From the NCBI GenBank assembly GCA_963798085.1, contig CAWCRS010000003.1:384001-448000 (forward strand): 64,000 bases of DNA, read 5' to 3'. Under the pieces are notes generated by a model that saw only the letters and a list, made by a program, of their open reading frames with translations, did no database searches and was not told the DNA's origin. How positions within the stretch are numbered: the first letter of the stretch is position 1; every line of letters begins with the position of its first letter. Source of the stretch: an uncultured Gemmatimonadales bacterium. Lineage in GTDB: Bacteria > Gemmatimonadota > Gemmatimonadetes > Longimicrobiales > RSA9. A program made the position numbers and the translations under genes. Of the stretch, positions 1-9,523 are shown piece after piece.

Positions 1-756
1 CAGTACATCTTCATCTCGACCATCTCGGTGTACGGCGATACCAGCGTGGCGGGCATGGACGAGACCACACCCGTGCTCGAGTACACGGGCGAAACCGATG
101 CCTTCGCGCTGCAGCCCGCCGATGCGGGCAGGTTCTACGGTCCGCTCAAGGCGCTGTCGGAGCGCGAGGCCGCGTACTGGTTCCCGGGGCGCGCCACCAT
201 TATCCGACCCGGCCTCATCGTGGGACCGGGCGACGAGTCCGGTCGTTTCACGTACTGGCCCGCACGCATTGATCGCGGCGGTGAAGTGCTGGCGCCCGAC
301 AAGCCCGCGGATCCCACGCAGATCATCGATGCCCGCGACCTCGCCGAATGGACCATACGCATGGCGGAAGACGGGCGCGTGGGCATCTTCAACGCCACCG
401 GCCCCGACGAGCCCCGGCCCATCGGCGAGATGCTGAGCGGCATACGCACCGCGATTGGCTCTAACTGCACATTTACATGGGTCGACCAGGACTTCCTGCA
501 GCAGCAGCAGGTGCGCGGCTGGAGCGAGCTGCCCGTGTGGGTGCCGAGCCGCGCGGACAATGCCGGCTTCATGCGCGTCAGCGTGGCCCGCGCCATCGCC
601 CAGGGCCTGACATACCGCCGGCTGGCCCTGACCGCCCGCGACACCCTCGCCTACTGGAAGGCGATGACGCCCGAGCAGCAGCAGAAATCGCCCGCCGGCC
701 TCAAGGCTGAAAAAGAGCAGCAGGTCCTGGCCGCATGGCATGCCGCCAGGGGATAG
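1..756 (+). CDS. NAD-dependent epimerase/dehydratase (isoflavone reductase-like SDR), 5' truncated by window edge
   Basis: Frame open from base 1 (QYIFISTISVY); YGPLK (YxxxK), IRPGLIVGPGD and IDARDLA motifs. Confidence 0.85.
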   Translation, partial: QYIFISTISVYGDTSVAGMDETTPVLEYTGETDAFALQPADAGRFYGPLKALSEREAAYWFPGRATIIRPGLIVGPGDESGRFTYWPARIDRGGEVLAPDKPADPTQIIDARDLAEWTIRMAEDGRVGIFNATGPDEPRPIGEMLSGIRTAIGSNCTFTWVDQDFLQQQQVRGWSELPVWVPSRADNAGFMRVSVARAIAQGLTYRRLALTARDTLAYWKAMTPEQQQKSPAGLKAEKEQQVLAAWHAARG

Positions 757-790
757 AAATGGATGGACGGCGTAGCTGGTGAGGATGAGA

Positions 791-1375
791 GACTTGAAAT
801 GCGTTGCTGGGGCTGGTTGCTGGGGAACGATAACAGACTTGAACTGCGTGGCTGGGGCTGGTTGCCCGGGCGGGTTGCTGGGGCACGACAACAAGATCTT
901 GAACTGCGTGGCTGGCCCGGGAGCTTGAACTGGCCGGCAAACCGATTGGCGGAAGCGGAACCAGAACCTCCAGCGTACGATCAGTGGGGTCAGGTCGGGT
1001 GAGCTGCGGAGTCTGGCTGCCCTGTGACGAACGGGGGGCAGAGGCGATGCAGGACTCGGGCCGCCTAACGAGTCGTTAGAATGGGCTCCCCCCGTGCGTG
1101 CGCCGGATCCAGGCCGGGCCACCACGCGTCCTGCGCCCGGCTCTGACGAGCGTCATTCCAGAGAGCCCTTCCGCTGCAAGCCCCAGACGGCACGTTTCAA
1201 TCCGTTGTCCGTCCCCCAGCAACCAGCCCGAGCAACCAGCGCCAGCGACGCATTTCAATCTGTTCGCCGTTCCCCAGTAACCAGCCCGAGCCACGCATTT
1301 CAATCCGTTGTCCGTCCCCCAGCAACCAGCCCGAGCAACCAGCGCCAGCAACGCATTTCAATCTGTTCGCCGTCC
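791..1375. repeat. Repeat family A: tandem arm (791-918) and inverted tandem arm (about 1192-1375) flanking a unique core
   Basis: Left units TTGAAATGCGTTGCTGGGGCTGGTTGCTGGGGAAC. Right units are reverse-complement variants, with TTTCAAT at 1195/1253/1298/1356 (58/45/58 spacing, 103-bp higher-order period). Confidence 0.85.
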
Positions 1376-1409
1376 CGACCGATCCAGCGGGAGCCGGCAT
1401 TCCAGTCGA

Positions 1410-2333
1410 CTAGAGGGCAGGCTCAGGCGCAGCGGTCGCGCCCGCCAGCCGTCGCATTCCGGCGCGCAGCATCGTAATCGCCGTGTAGAGCACCACGACC
1501 ACTACCAGCCAGCGCACGGCGGTGAGTGGCAGTGACTTCACGATGTAGGCGGCGATGAGCACGGCGGGTATGCCGCCCAGTGTCAGCCCCAGTGCCGGGC
1601 GAGGACTGTAGCTGCCGGCCTGGATGAACTTGGTGCTGGCGACGGGCATGAGGAACGCGCACGAGCCCATCATGATGGGAAACGCTGCGCGTGGATTCAT
1701 GCCCAGCAGGCTGATCATGATGAGGGCCGGCGCGTACAGGCCGATGCCCAGTGTCATGAGCGCGCCCAGCACGAAGTTGCCCGCGATCCCGAGGTAGAGC
1801 AGCGTGCCGTGCAGCGCCAGTGCATCGCCGCCGTGGATCACGGGTGTGCCGCGCATCTCGTCCAGGTTCTTCAGCACGAAGAACGCCGCCGCAGCCAGCA
1901 GCGCGAGCCCCATTCCCAGCTGGATCTTGCGACGCGGCCAGCGTGACACCACGCCTGCGCCCAGCCACGAGCCCAGCACGGATGAAGCGATCAGTAACAC
2001 CATTGTCAGCACGTCCACCTGCACGATCGACACGTAGATGAACGCTTCCGCGATCGTGGGCAGCGTGTGGCCTACGTTGAGCGTGCCCGGGATCACTTCG
2101 TCCGGCACCACCTTGCCGATGCGGAACATGGCGGTAGTGGGCGCAAAGGAGCCGATGCCCAGCGTGTCGAAGAAATTCGTGATGAAGCCGATGCCGGTCT
2201 GCGGCGCCGTGGGCAGGCGCGCGGGCTCACCCTTGCCCGTGCGCGCGCGCGCCCGCAGATCGCGCCACCAGATCAGTGCGTAGGCGATCGTGAACAACGC
2301 CAGCACCAGCAGCAATCCGTTCTTGGCAGTCAT
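1410..2333 (-). CDS. TauE/SafE (TSUP) family membrane transporter
   Basis: Multi-TM protein with DTLGIGSFAPT, GTLNVG, LGIGLYAP and AFPIMMGSCA motifs; start moved to ATG 2333. Confidence 0.8.
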   Translation of the reverse strand: MTAKNGLLLVLALFTIAYALIWWRDLRARARTGKGEPARLPTAPQTGIGFITNFFDTLGIGSFAPTTAMFRIGKVVPDEVIPGTLNVGHTLPTIAEAFIYVSIVQVDVLTMVLLIASSVLGSWLGAGVVSRWPRRKIQLGMGLALLAAAAFFVLKNLDEMRGTPVIHGGDALALHGTLLYLGIAGNFVLGALMTLGIGLYAPALIMISLLGMNPRAAFPIMMGSCAFLMPVASTKFIQAGSYSPRPALGLTLGGIPAVLIAAYIVKSLPLTAVRWLVVVVVLYTAITMLRAGMRRLAGATAAPEPAL

Positions 2334-2924
2334 GCTCTGAACCTCGGCTCGCCAGTGTCGGAACTGTGAATGAGTCGGCGGGAGCGCCCAAAGTGCAGGC
2401 AGCGCCGGCCTGCAGCAACCATATCGGTCGCGCTTCGGTGGGCTGCGCGCAGACTCAGGGCAGGCGTTTGTCGACCTCGCCCCGGCCGCAACGCACGCTG
2501 CCGCACAATGGCGGCCATGGCCCGCGATTGATACCAGCAGTCGAGTCGCCTGCGACGCCGCAGCGCGACGCACGGCCGGCCGGCGCGCATACGCAGACGG
2601 CGGGTCGCTCGACCGGCCAGCCGGTCGCTGCACGCGGGTTCGCCTGCCCATTCTCGGCCTGCCGCGGCAATTCGCTCGCGGCGCCACCCTCCGGCCCGTG
2701 CAGGTGTGCTCGGTCCTGTCTGTCCGCGCGCGTGCGCGGCCGGCGCGCGCAGGGAAGAGCTGAAGCGCAGGATGCGTTGAAGGGGCGACGACCCGTCGTC
2801 GCCAACACCTGTTCCCGGATCCGCAAGTGAATCCTCGATGGCGATCCTATTGAGCCGGGAACGGAGGCTGAATATTGGTACGGAGCTGCAATCCGTTCCA
2901 CGTGCGTCTGGCGCTGCGCCGCCC

Positions 2925-2967
2925 TTCCCTATATACATATGGAATGACCCATATCAAGCTATGGGAA
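2925..2967. promoter_or_regulatory. Two tandem imperfect palindromes upstream of padR, probable PadR operator
   Basis: AT-rich CCCTA-N6-TATGG and CCCATA-N6-TATGGG directly before the padR ATG. Confidence 0.5.
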
Positions 2968-2974
2968 GACGACC

Positions 2975-3331
2975 ATGGGAAACAGCGATTACCTGCTCCA
3001 CGGCACCCTCGACTTCCTCGTGCTCAAGGCGCTCGCCTGGGGCGAGATGCACGGCTTCGGCGTGGCGCGCTGGATCGAGCGCATCACCGAGGATGTGCTG
3101 ACCGTCGAAGAGGGTTCGCTCTATCCCGCGCTGCACCGCCTCGAGCGGGACGGCCTGGTGTCCGGGCGCTGGGGCGTGTCGCAGAACAACCGGCGCGCCC
3201 GCTTCTATCGCATCACGCCGGCAGGTGAGAAACAGCTGCGCGCGACGTATGCGAACTGGTCGCGTTTCGCCGCGGCCATCGAGAAGGTCGCAGCGGCGCA
3301 GCCCACGCGACGCGGCCCGAGGCCGGCGTGA
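2975..3331 (+). CDS. PadR family transcriptional regulator (acidobacterial type)
   Basis: GTLDFLVLKAL, HGFGV, EEGSLYPALHRLE and NNRRARFY motifs. Confidence 0.93.
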   Translation: MGNSDYLLHGTLDFLVLKALAWGEMHGFGVARWIERITEDVLTVEEGSLYPALHRLERDGLVSGRWGVSQNNRRARFYRITPAGEKQLRATYANWSRFAAAIEKVAAAQPTRRGPRPA

Positions 3332-3401
3332 GCGCCGCGGGATCGCGCCGCGACCACCATGGACGCGTTGAGCGTCACCGCCAATTCGAGATGAAGGCGA
3401 C

Positions 3402-6113
3402 ATGAGTCGATCGTGGCGGCAGCGGTTGCGGCGGCGTCAGACGCGTGCCCGCGATGCCGACGTGCAGGACGAGCTCGATTTCCATCTCGACATGCTGACG
3501 CGGCAGAACCGGGCGCGCGGCATGGACGAGGCGTCGGCGCGGCGTGCGGCGGAACAGCGTTTCGGCCGGCGCGACTCGTTCGCGCGCCAGATGCACCAGT
3601 TGGATGCGCAGCGGGCACAGCGGCAGCGGCACGGCGACCGGCTGGGCGAGGTGCGGCGGGACGTGGCGTTCGCGCTGCGTGCGATCGCGCGTCGACCCGG
3701 CTTCACCATGATCGTGGTGCTCACGCTGGCGCTGGGCATTGGCGCGACCACGGCCATCTTCAGTCTTGTTAACTATGTGTTATGGCAGCCGCCAGTCGGG
3801 CTGGCCGACCCGGACGCACTGGTGACGGTCCGCTTTCCCGCGGCCAATTCGCCCGGTGCGTTCTACGTCATCTCCCATGCGGATTACGCCGATCTGGCCG
3901 GCGCTGTCCCCGCGCTGCGCAGTCTGGCGGCGAGTACGCAGCTGAATCTGCACGTGGTGACGCCCGGCGAGCTGCCGCGCCGAATGGCGGGCGATCTGAT
4001 AACCGACAATTACGCGGCGACACTCGGAATCCGTCCGCGTGTCGGCCGCATTCCTGCGCCGGCGGACCGCGACTATCCGCACGAGGCGCTGATCAGCGAT
4101 CGCCTCTGGGCCGAGGCGTACGAGCGTGCGCCGGATGTGACGGACCGCACGATCGTGGTCAACGGCAAGGCGCTCCGCATCAGTGGTGTAGCGCAGCGCG
4201 GATTTCGCGGTACGGTGCTCTGGCCGTCCGCAGGCGGCAGCGATCTGTGGATTCCGGTCGCGGCGTATCCGGAGGTATGGGGTGGCCGACGCGGCGACCT
4301 CCTGACGGACCGGCGGCAGCTGGTGTATCCCGGCGCCATCGGCCGTCTCGCCCCCGGCGTCACGCCCGCACTGGCGGAGGCACAGCTCACAGCGACGGCC
4401 GCGCGCATCGTGCAGGACCACCCGGAGGCAACGCTGAAGGGGCTGGTGCCGCGCGTCACGCCCGGTGTCGGTCTCAATCCCTGGGCGCGCCAGCAGGTGG
4501 CGGAGACGATGCGGATCCTGTTCGGCGTCGTCGCCTTTCTGCTGCTGCTGGCCTGCGCGAATGCTGGTAATATGCTGTTAGCGCGGGCCTCGGCGCGTGG
4601 CACCGAGCTGTCGCTGCGCCGGGCGCTCGGTGCGAGCCGCGCTCGCCTGGTGCGCCAGCTGCTCACGGAGGCGATGCTGCTGGCCGGGCTGAGCGGCGGC
4701 GGCGGCGTGGCGCTCATGTGGTTTTCACTGCGCCTTTTCCGCGGCGAGCACCTGATGTCGTTCCTGCCCGCCTTGCAGCGCGTGCCGGTGGATGCGCGCG
4801 TGCTGCTCTTCGCGCTGCTGCTTTCGACCCTGACCGGCGTGCTTTTCGCGATCCTGCCGGCGTTCGTGGCCACGCGCAGCGCGAGTGCCGCCCTGCACGC
4901 GCATGGGCGCACGGCCGCCGGGCGCTCTCCGGTACGCACAGCCCTCGTGGTGGCACAGGTCGCGATCTCGCTGACGCTGCTGGTGGCCGCGGGCCTGCTG
5001 CTTGCCTCCGTGCACGCGTTGCGCTCGGTCGATCTGGGTTTCCAGCCGGACGACGTGCTGGAAGCATCGGTGGATCCGTTCACCCAGGGCTACGACAGCG
5101 TGCGTACGGCGAGGCTGCTCGATGGCCTGCTGCAGCGCGCCCGCCAGCTGCCCGGCGTGACGGCGGCTGGCATGGCGTGGGCTCCCATACAGGGTCATAT
5201 GGGGGCGGGACTGCCCGTGCGGCCGGAAGGCGAAGCACGCGAGAGCGAGCACACCGTTTCCGCCTCTGCCAACCACATCACGGCGGGCCTGCTCCCGGCC
5301 ACCGGCATGCGGCTCGAGGCGGGTCGCGACTTCCAGGATAACGAAGCGTTTGCGTTCAACCCGCACGGCGGCGTCGCCATCGTGAATGCCACGCTGGCGC
5401 ACAAGCTGTTTCCCGCGGGCGCCCTGGGCCGTCGCATCGATGTCGGGTACGACGCGCCGCGCGTGCTGCGCATCGTGGGCGTAATTGCGGATGCACGGGT
5501 CGATCGGGTGAAGGACCCGGCTGACGCGCTGATCTACGAGCCGGTGGGCCAGCCGTGGGGCACACCATGGGCTACGCTGTACGTACGCCAGGCGCCGGGC
5601 GCGTGGAATCCGGCCGCGCTTGCCCAGCAGCTGCGCGCGGCCATGCGCGAGCTGGATGGCGCACTGCCCCTCTACGACGTGCAGCCCCTGACCCGGCGCA
5701 TCAGTGCCGACATCGCGGGGGAGCGCCTTCTCGCGCGCATCACCACCGTGTTCGCCACGCTGGCGCTGGCGCTCGCCGCCTTCGGCCTCTACGGCGTGCT
5801 GGCGTTCACGGTGGGACAGCGCACGCGGGAGATTGGTGTGCGGACGGCTCTGGGGGCGGGCGCCGGCCGCATCCTTGCCATGGTGCTGCGCCAGGGGCTG
5901 GGGGCGGCGCTGGCGGGCACGCTGATCGGCCTGTTCGCGGCCACCCAGCTCACGCGGCTGCTTTCTAACCGTCTGTTTGGCGTGTCTCGCCTCGACCTGC
6001 GCGTCTTCGGCCTGGCCGCACTTCTGCTGCTGGCCGTGGCCGCGCTGGCCTGCTGGGTGCCGGCCCGCCGCGCCACGCGCGTACACCCGACCGTCGCCCT
6101 GCGCACGGACTAG
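3402..6113 (+). CDS. Duplicated MacB/FtsX-like ABC permease (ADOP family)
   Basis: N-terminal ELDFHLDM prefix, LTLALGIGATTAIFS, LLLACAN and RTREIGVRTALGA; two FtsX-type halves; follows PadR. Confidence 0.9.
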   Translation: MSRSWRQRLRRRQTRARDADVQDELDFHLDMLTRQNRARGMDEASARRAAEQRFGRRDSFARQMHQLDAQRAQRQRHGDRLGEVRRDVAFALRAIARRPGFTMIVVLTLALGIGATTAIFSLVNYVLWQPPVGLADPDALVTVRFPAANSPGAFYVISHADYADLAGAVPALRSLAASTQLNLHVVTPGELPRRMAGDLITDNYAATLGIRPRVGRIPAPADRDYPHEALISDRLWAEAYERAPDVTDRTIVVNGKALRISGVAQRGFRGTVLWPSAGGSDLWIPVAAYPEVWGGRRGDLLTDRRQLVYPGAIGRLAPGVTPALAEAQLTATAARIVQDHPEATLKGLVPRVTPGVGLNPWARQQVAETMRILFGVVAFLLLLACANAGNMLLARASARGTELSLRRALGASRARLVRQLLTEAMLLAGLSGGGGVALMWFSLRLFRGEHLMSFLPALQRVPVDARVLLFALLLSTLTGVLFAILPAFVATRSASAALHAHGRTAAGRSPVRTALVVAQVAISLTLLVAAGLLLASVHALRSVDLGFQPDDVLEASVDPFTQGYDSVRTARLLDGLLQRARQLPGVTAAGMAWAPIQGHMGAGLPVRPEGEARESEHTVSASANHITAGLLPATGMRLEAGRDFQDNEAFAFNPHGGVAIVNATLAHKLFPAGALGRRIDVGYDAPRVLRIVGVIADARVDRVKDPADALIYEPVGQPWGTPWATLYVRQAPGAWNPAALAQQLRAAMRELDGALPLYDVQPLTRRISADIAGERLLARITTVFATLALALAAFGLYGVLAFTVGQRTREIGVRTALGAGAGRILAMVLRQGLGAALAGTLIGLFAATQLTRLLSNRLFGVSRLDLRVFGLAALLLLAVAALACWVPARRATRVHPTVALRTD

Positions 6114-6192
6114 CTCGCCGCGACGGTCGTGCGCAGATTGGGCGGATGAGCAGCCGCCACCGGCGCCGGTGCGCCGCAGCCGCGTTCTCGCG

Positions 6193-6699
6193 GTGAGTCA
6201 GCCGGCCGTGCGCATCCTCCCCATGTCGCGCGACCACGCGGAGGATGTCCTGGCGATCCATGGCCAGGGCATCAGCACCGGCAACGCGACCTTCGAGACG
6301 CGTGTGCCCGCCTGGGAGGAGTGGGACCTGCGGCACCGCGCGGACTGCCGCCTGGTGGCCGTGCGTGATAACATGGTGTTGGGATGGGCGGCGCTGAGCG
6401 CCGTCTCGACCCGCCCGGTCTATGCGGGTGTCGCCGAGGTCAGCGTGTACGTGCGAGCCGGGCACCGGGGCCGGGGCATCGGCCGGCAGCTGCTGCAGGC
6501 ACTGATCGCCGCATCCGAGGCCGCGCGCATCTGGACCCTGCAGTCCAGCGTGTTTCCCGAAAACCTCGGCACCATCCGACTGCACCAAAGCGCCGGTTTC
6601 CGCATGGTCGGCCGCCGCGAGCGCATCGGCCAGATGCACGGTCAGTGGCGCGACACCCTCCTCCTGGAACGGCGCAGCACGATCATTGGCTGCGACTGA
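6193..6699 (+). CDS. GNAT N-acetyltransferase (phosphinothricin acetyltransferase-like)
   Basis: GNATFE, YAGVAEVSVYV, RGRGIGRQLL, FPEN and GFRMVG; start at GTG 6193 or ATG 6223. Confidence 0.88.
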   Translation: MSQPAVRILPMSRDHAEDVLAIHGQGISTGNATFETRVPAWEEWDLRHRADCRLVAVRDNMVLGWAALSAVSTRPVYAGVAEVSVYVRAGHRGRGIGRQLLQALIAASEAARIWTLQSSVFPENLGTIRLHQSAGFRMVGRRERIGQMHGQWRDTLLLERRSTIIGCD

Positions 6700-6792
6700 T
6701 CCGCGTCGGTGCGTCGGGTGTGTGCGCATAATCGCGCAGCACCGCGCAGCAGATCGAGGCCGGTCGACACCTGGATTGTCGCTGGAGCGACG

Positions 6793-7091
6793 ATCGCATC
6801 GGACCAGCCTGGCATGGTCCCTTTGGCCATATCACATTCGGACCAGCCTGGTGTGGCCCCCTTTCGCTATATCGCATCGGACCAGCCTGGTATGGTTTCT
6901 TTCGCTATATCGCATCGGACCAGCCTGGCATTCTTTCCTTTGGGCCGCTGCCACTATCCGCGCGACCCCAAGACGCATGAGAAGTGGTCAATCCATTCGC
7001 ATTCGCGTCGCTGTCATACCTGGAACGGCCATAACCCAAGAATGCCAAGACGGTCCGGCAGGCTGGCTGGCTACACGCCAGGACGGTCCGA
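6793..7091. repeat. Repeat family B: four 38-40 bp tandem units plus two inverted copies
   Basis: ATCGCATCGGACCAGCCTGG-like units at 6793/6831/6871/6909; inverted GCCA(A/G)GACGGTCCG at about 7044 and 7077. Confidence 0.8.
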
Positions 7092-7123
7092 CCCGAACGC
7101 CTGGGCGCGGCCCGCAGGAAGCG

Positions 7124-8905
7124 CTAACGGTACACGGCTTCGCCGGTGTGGGGCGAGCCGCCGGGGTTGGGCGCGAGCGTCACGCTCACGCGCAGGACGG
7201 CGCCCGTCTTGCGCACGGTCCAGGAGACCGAGCGCACCGTGTCCGACACGGCTTTGGAGAACGGGTTCGAACCGCGCAGGTGGCCCACCACTACGCGCGC
7301 GGAACCCACCACTTCGCCACCCACCACGTTCAGGATGGCGACCGGTGGCGTCACGATCTGGTCCGTCACCCGGCCATCACTGCCCGTGCGGCCGGTCGCG
7401 CCGCGCTCGGTCAGGTTGGTGGGCAGGTAACCGGTGTTGCGCACCGCGATCTCGACGTGCACCTGGCCGCCGGATGTCCCGGCGACGTGCAGCGCGCCCA
7501 GCTCGAGGCGTGGCGACTTCTGCAGCAGTGAGAAGATCCAGGGCAGCTGCACTGCACATTCCTTCTCCAGGAACTCGGCGGGCGGATTCTGTCCCCAGAA
7601 GTGCGTGTGCCAGCCGCCGATCTCGACTTCGCCCAGCTGCGGATGCGCGAAGCGCTTCCAGTTCGAGAAATACTTCCCCTTCAGTTCCTCGTCGTCGAAG
7701 CGCATGGCTTCTTCGTCAGAAATGCGGCCGTCGCCATTGTAGTCTGTAACCCACGCGTTAGCGGGTACGTACTCGGGCACCCAGCCGATGATGCCGCGAA
7801 TGTCGTAGGCCCAGCCGATCAGCGTGCCATAGCGGTGATCGGTGGGATCGGTCGAGCTGGCCTGCACGGGCCGTCCCGTCGTTTCCGTGTACGGCTTGCC
7901 CATGGCTTCGATGAGGGCGAGGTCGGTGACATTGAAGGTCGCGGGATCGGATGACGAAGGCAGCCGGTACACGAAGCCGCCCGCCGTGTGACCGTGCACG
8001 ATGCTGGCGATGTTGGGATGCTCCACGATGAACTTCACCGTGGCGTACGTCTCGGGCTCCGACAGTGAGAAGGCGCCCGCGCCGTCCTGGATGTACTCCG
8101 GCTCCCAGTTGCGCGGGAAATTGCGGTTCATGTCAATGCCGCCCACGCCGTCCTCGTTGAAGCGGCCATCATGGTCGTTGTCGATTCCCTCGCTCAGCAG
8201 GAAATAGAACGGACCGGTGCTGTCGCGAGGCGTACGGCGCACCATGATGCGCGGGTCGCTGCCCAGCTTCCAGTCGCCCTTCGCGTCGCGCACGCGCATC
8301 TGCGTGATCCAGCCATCGCCGTCCAGGTCTTCGGGCGGATCCTCATCGGCCGTGCCGTCGCCATCCTCATCCCGGGGGCGCACCGTGCTGCGCAGGCGCT
8401 GGTCGTGCTCCAGCACGAGGTCCGATCCGTCGGGATTGAACTTCGGGCGAACATACAATGCGCGCGTGTCCAGCAGCTGTGTAACCAGGGAGTCCTTGCC
8501 GTAGTGCTCGAGCAGATAGCCGATCGTGTACAGCGCCACGGCCGACCCGGTCAGCTCGCCCGCGTGGATGCCGCCATCCAGATACAGTGCCGGTTTGTCC
8601 GCGGCCTTTCCGGTTTCTTCGCTGGTCACTTCCATGAGCATGAGTTCGGCGCCCTTGTAGCTGCGGCCGATGGAGTACAGCTCGGTCAGGCGGGGATAAC
8701 GCGCTGCAAGGGTGCGCATGATGGTGTTGTTCTGCGCGGCCGTGTAGTAGCGGTTCCAGTCCACCTTGCCGGCGGCGCTGACCAGCGGTTTCTCCTGCGC
8801 CGGGCGCCGGGCCGTCTGCTGCGCCCGCGCACGCCCCGCGCCTGCCAGCACCGCGAGCAGAAGCAACGACGGCAGCGCGGAACGGACATGCGTCGCCCGC
8901 ATCAT
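7124..8905 (-). CDS. Secreted M14 family zinc carboxypeptidase
   Basis: Signal peptide, GIHAGE (HxxE), NPDG, DMNRNF, SEPET and HGH motifs. Confidence 0.9.
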   Translation of the reverse strand: MMRATHVRSALPSLLLLAVLAGAGRARAQQTARRPAQEKPLVSAAGKVDWNRYYTAAQNNTIMRTLAARYPRLTELYSIGRSYKGAELMLMEVTSEETGKAADKPALYLDGGIHAGELTGSAVALYTIGYLLEHYGKDSLVTQLLDTRALYVRPKFNPDGSDLVLEHDQRLRSTVRPRDEDGDGTADEDPPEDLDGDGWITQMRVRDAKGDWKLGSDPRIMVRRTPRDSTGPFYFLLSEGIDNDHDGRFNEDGVGGIDMNRNFPRNWEPEYIQDGAGAFSLSEPETYATVKFIVEHPNIASIVHGHTAGGFVYRLPSSSDPATFNVTDLALIEAMGKPYTETTGRPVQASSTDPTDHRYGTLIGWAYDIRGIIGWVPEYVPANAWVTDYNGDGRISDEEAMRFDDEELKGKYFSNWKRFAHPQLGEVEIGGWHTHFWGQNPPAEFLEKECAVQLPWIFSLLQKSPRLELGALHVAGTSGGQVHVEIAVRNTGYLPTNLTERGATGRTGSDGRVTDQIVTPPVAILNVVGGEVVGSARVVVGHLRGSNPFSKAVSDTVRSVSWTVRKTGAVLRVSVTLAPNPGGSPHTGEAVYR

Positions 8906-9354
8906 GATGGGGCTCCCGGCTCCGCGAATTCGACTTCATCGCCCACGTGAATCTCGCCCTCGACCAGCACTTCGGCGAACGCGCCGCCGCCCCATTCGGG
9001 ATAGAGCGTGGCGCGCAGGCCGGCCAGCGCTTCTTCCATGATGTTGCACGGTTTGGTCTCGCCCATGATGCGCAGGTGACACCTGCCAATGCGCAGGACC
9101 CGCCCGCGCGAGTCGCGCAGCGCGGCGCCGCTCACCATGAGGTTGGCGCGGCGTGTCGAAGGATCGAGCGTTGCGCCCAGCTGCGTCATGGCGAGTTCCC
9201 ACACTTCCTTCTCGATGAGCGTGACCTGGCGGCGCCCACCCTGGTCCGCATTGCCGCTGATGCCGCGATCCAGCACCAGCCTGGCGCCGTCGACCGGGTC
9301 CATCACGCCGCGATGTGCGCGCTTGATCCAGATGGCTTCGAGTCTTCCGGGCAT
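8902..9354 (-). CDS. MOSC domain protein
   Basis: RQVTLI, RRANL, GETKPC and WGGG motifs; start moved to ATG 9354; stop overlaps the M14 start. Confidence 0.85.
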   Translation of the reverse strand: MPGRLEAIWIKRAHRGVMDPVDGARLVLDRGISGNADQGGRRQVTLIEKEVWELAMTQLGATLDPSTRRANLMVSGAALRDSRGRVLRIGRCHLRIMGETKPCNIMEEALAGLRATLYPEWGGGAFAEVLVEGEIHVGDEVEFAEPGAPS

Positions 9355-9523
9355 CGTCGTTGCGGTTGCGGGTGTCCAGGGAGCGCGCCCATGCGGCACA
9401 ATGTGTGTGGGCGGTCGCCGCGCAGGCACTGACCCGGGGACCAGTGCCGCGCGCGGGCTTGCCCTGTGCTGCTGCGCACGCCAGACTGCGCGCTCACGCT
9501 CACCGGCAAGATAGCGACCCGCA

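Noticed and set aside
1060..1082. Integron attC site (GCCTAAC...GTTAG)
   Set aside because: Far too short, with no cassette structure or integrase.
1192..1375. CRISPR array (units begin (G/A)TTTCAATC, like some CRISPR repeats)
   Set aside because: The intervening sequences are themselves repeated, so there are no unique spacers, and no cas genes are present.
763..1535. Short ORFs such as 763-1002, 1076-1351 and 1094-1477
   Set aside because: They are translations of the family A repeat with no protein-like features.
2340..2900. Riboswitch or ncRNA in the long tauE-padR gap
   Set aside because: Only isolated hairpins (for example GGCGACGA-CCC-GTCGTCGCC) are visible; no recognisable consensus without an Rfam search.
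6793..6943. Mini CRISPR array
   Set aside because: The period is only 38-40 bp and the short intervening parts resemble each other.
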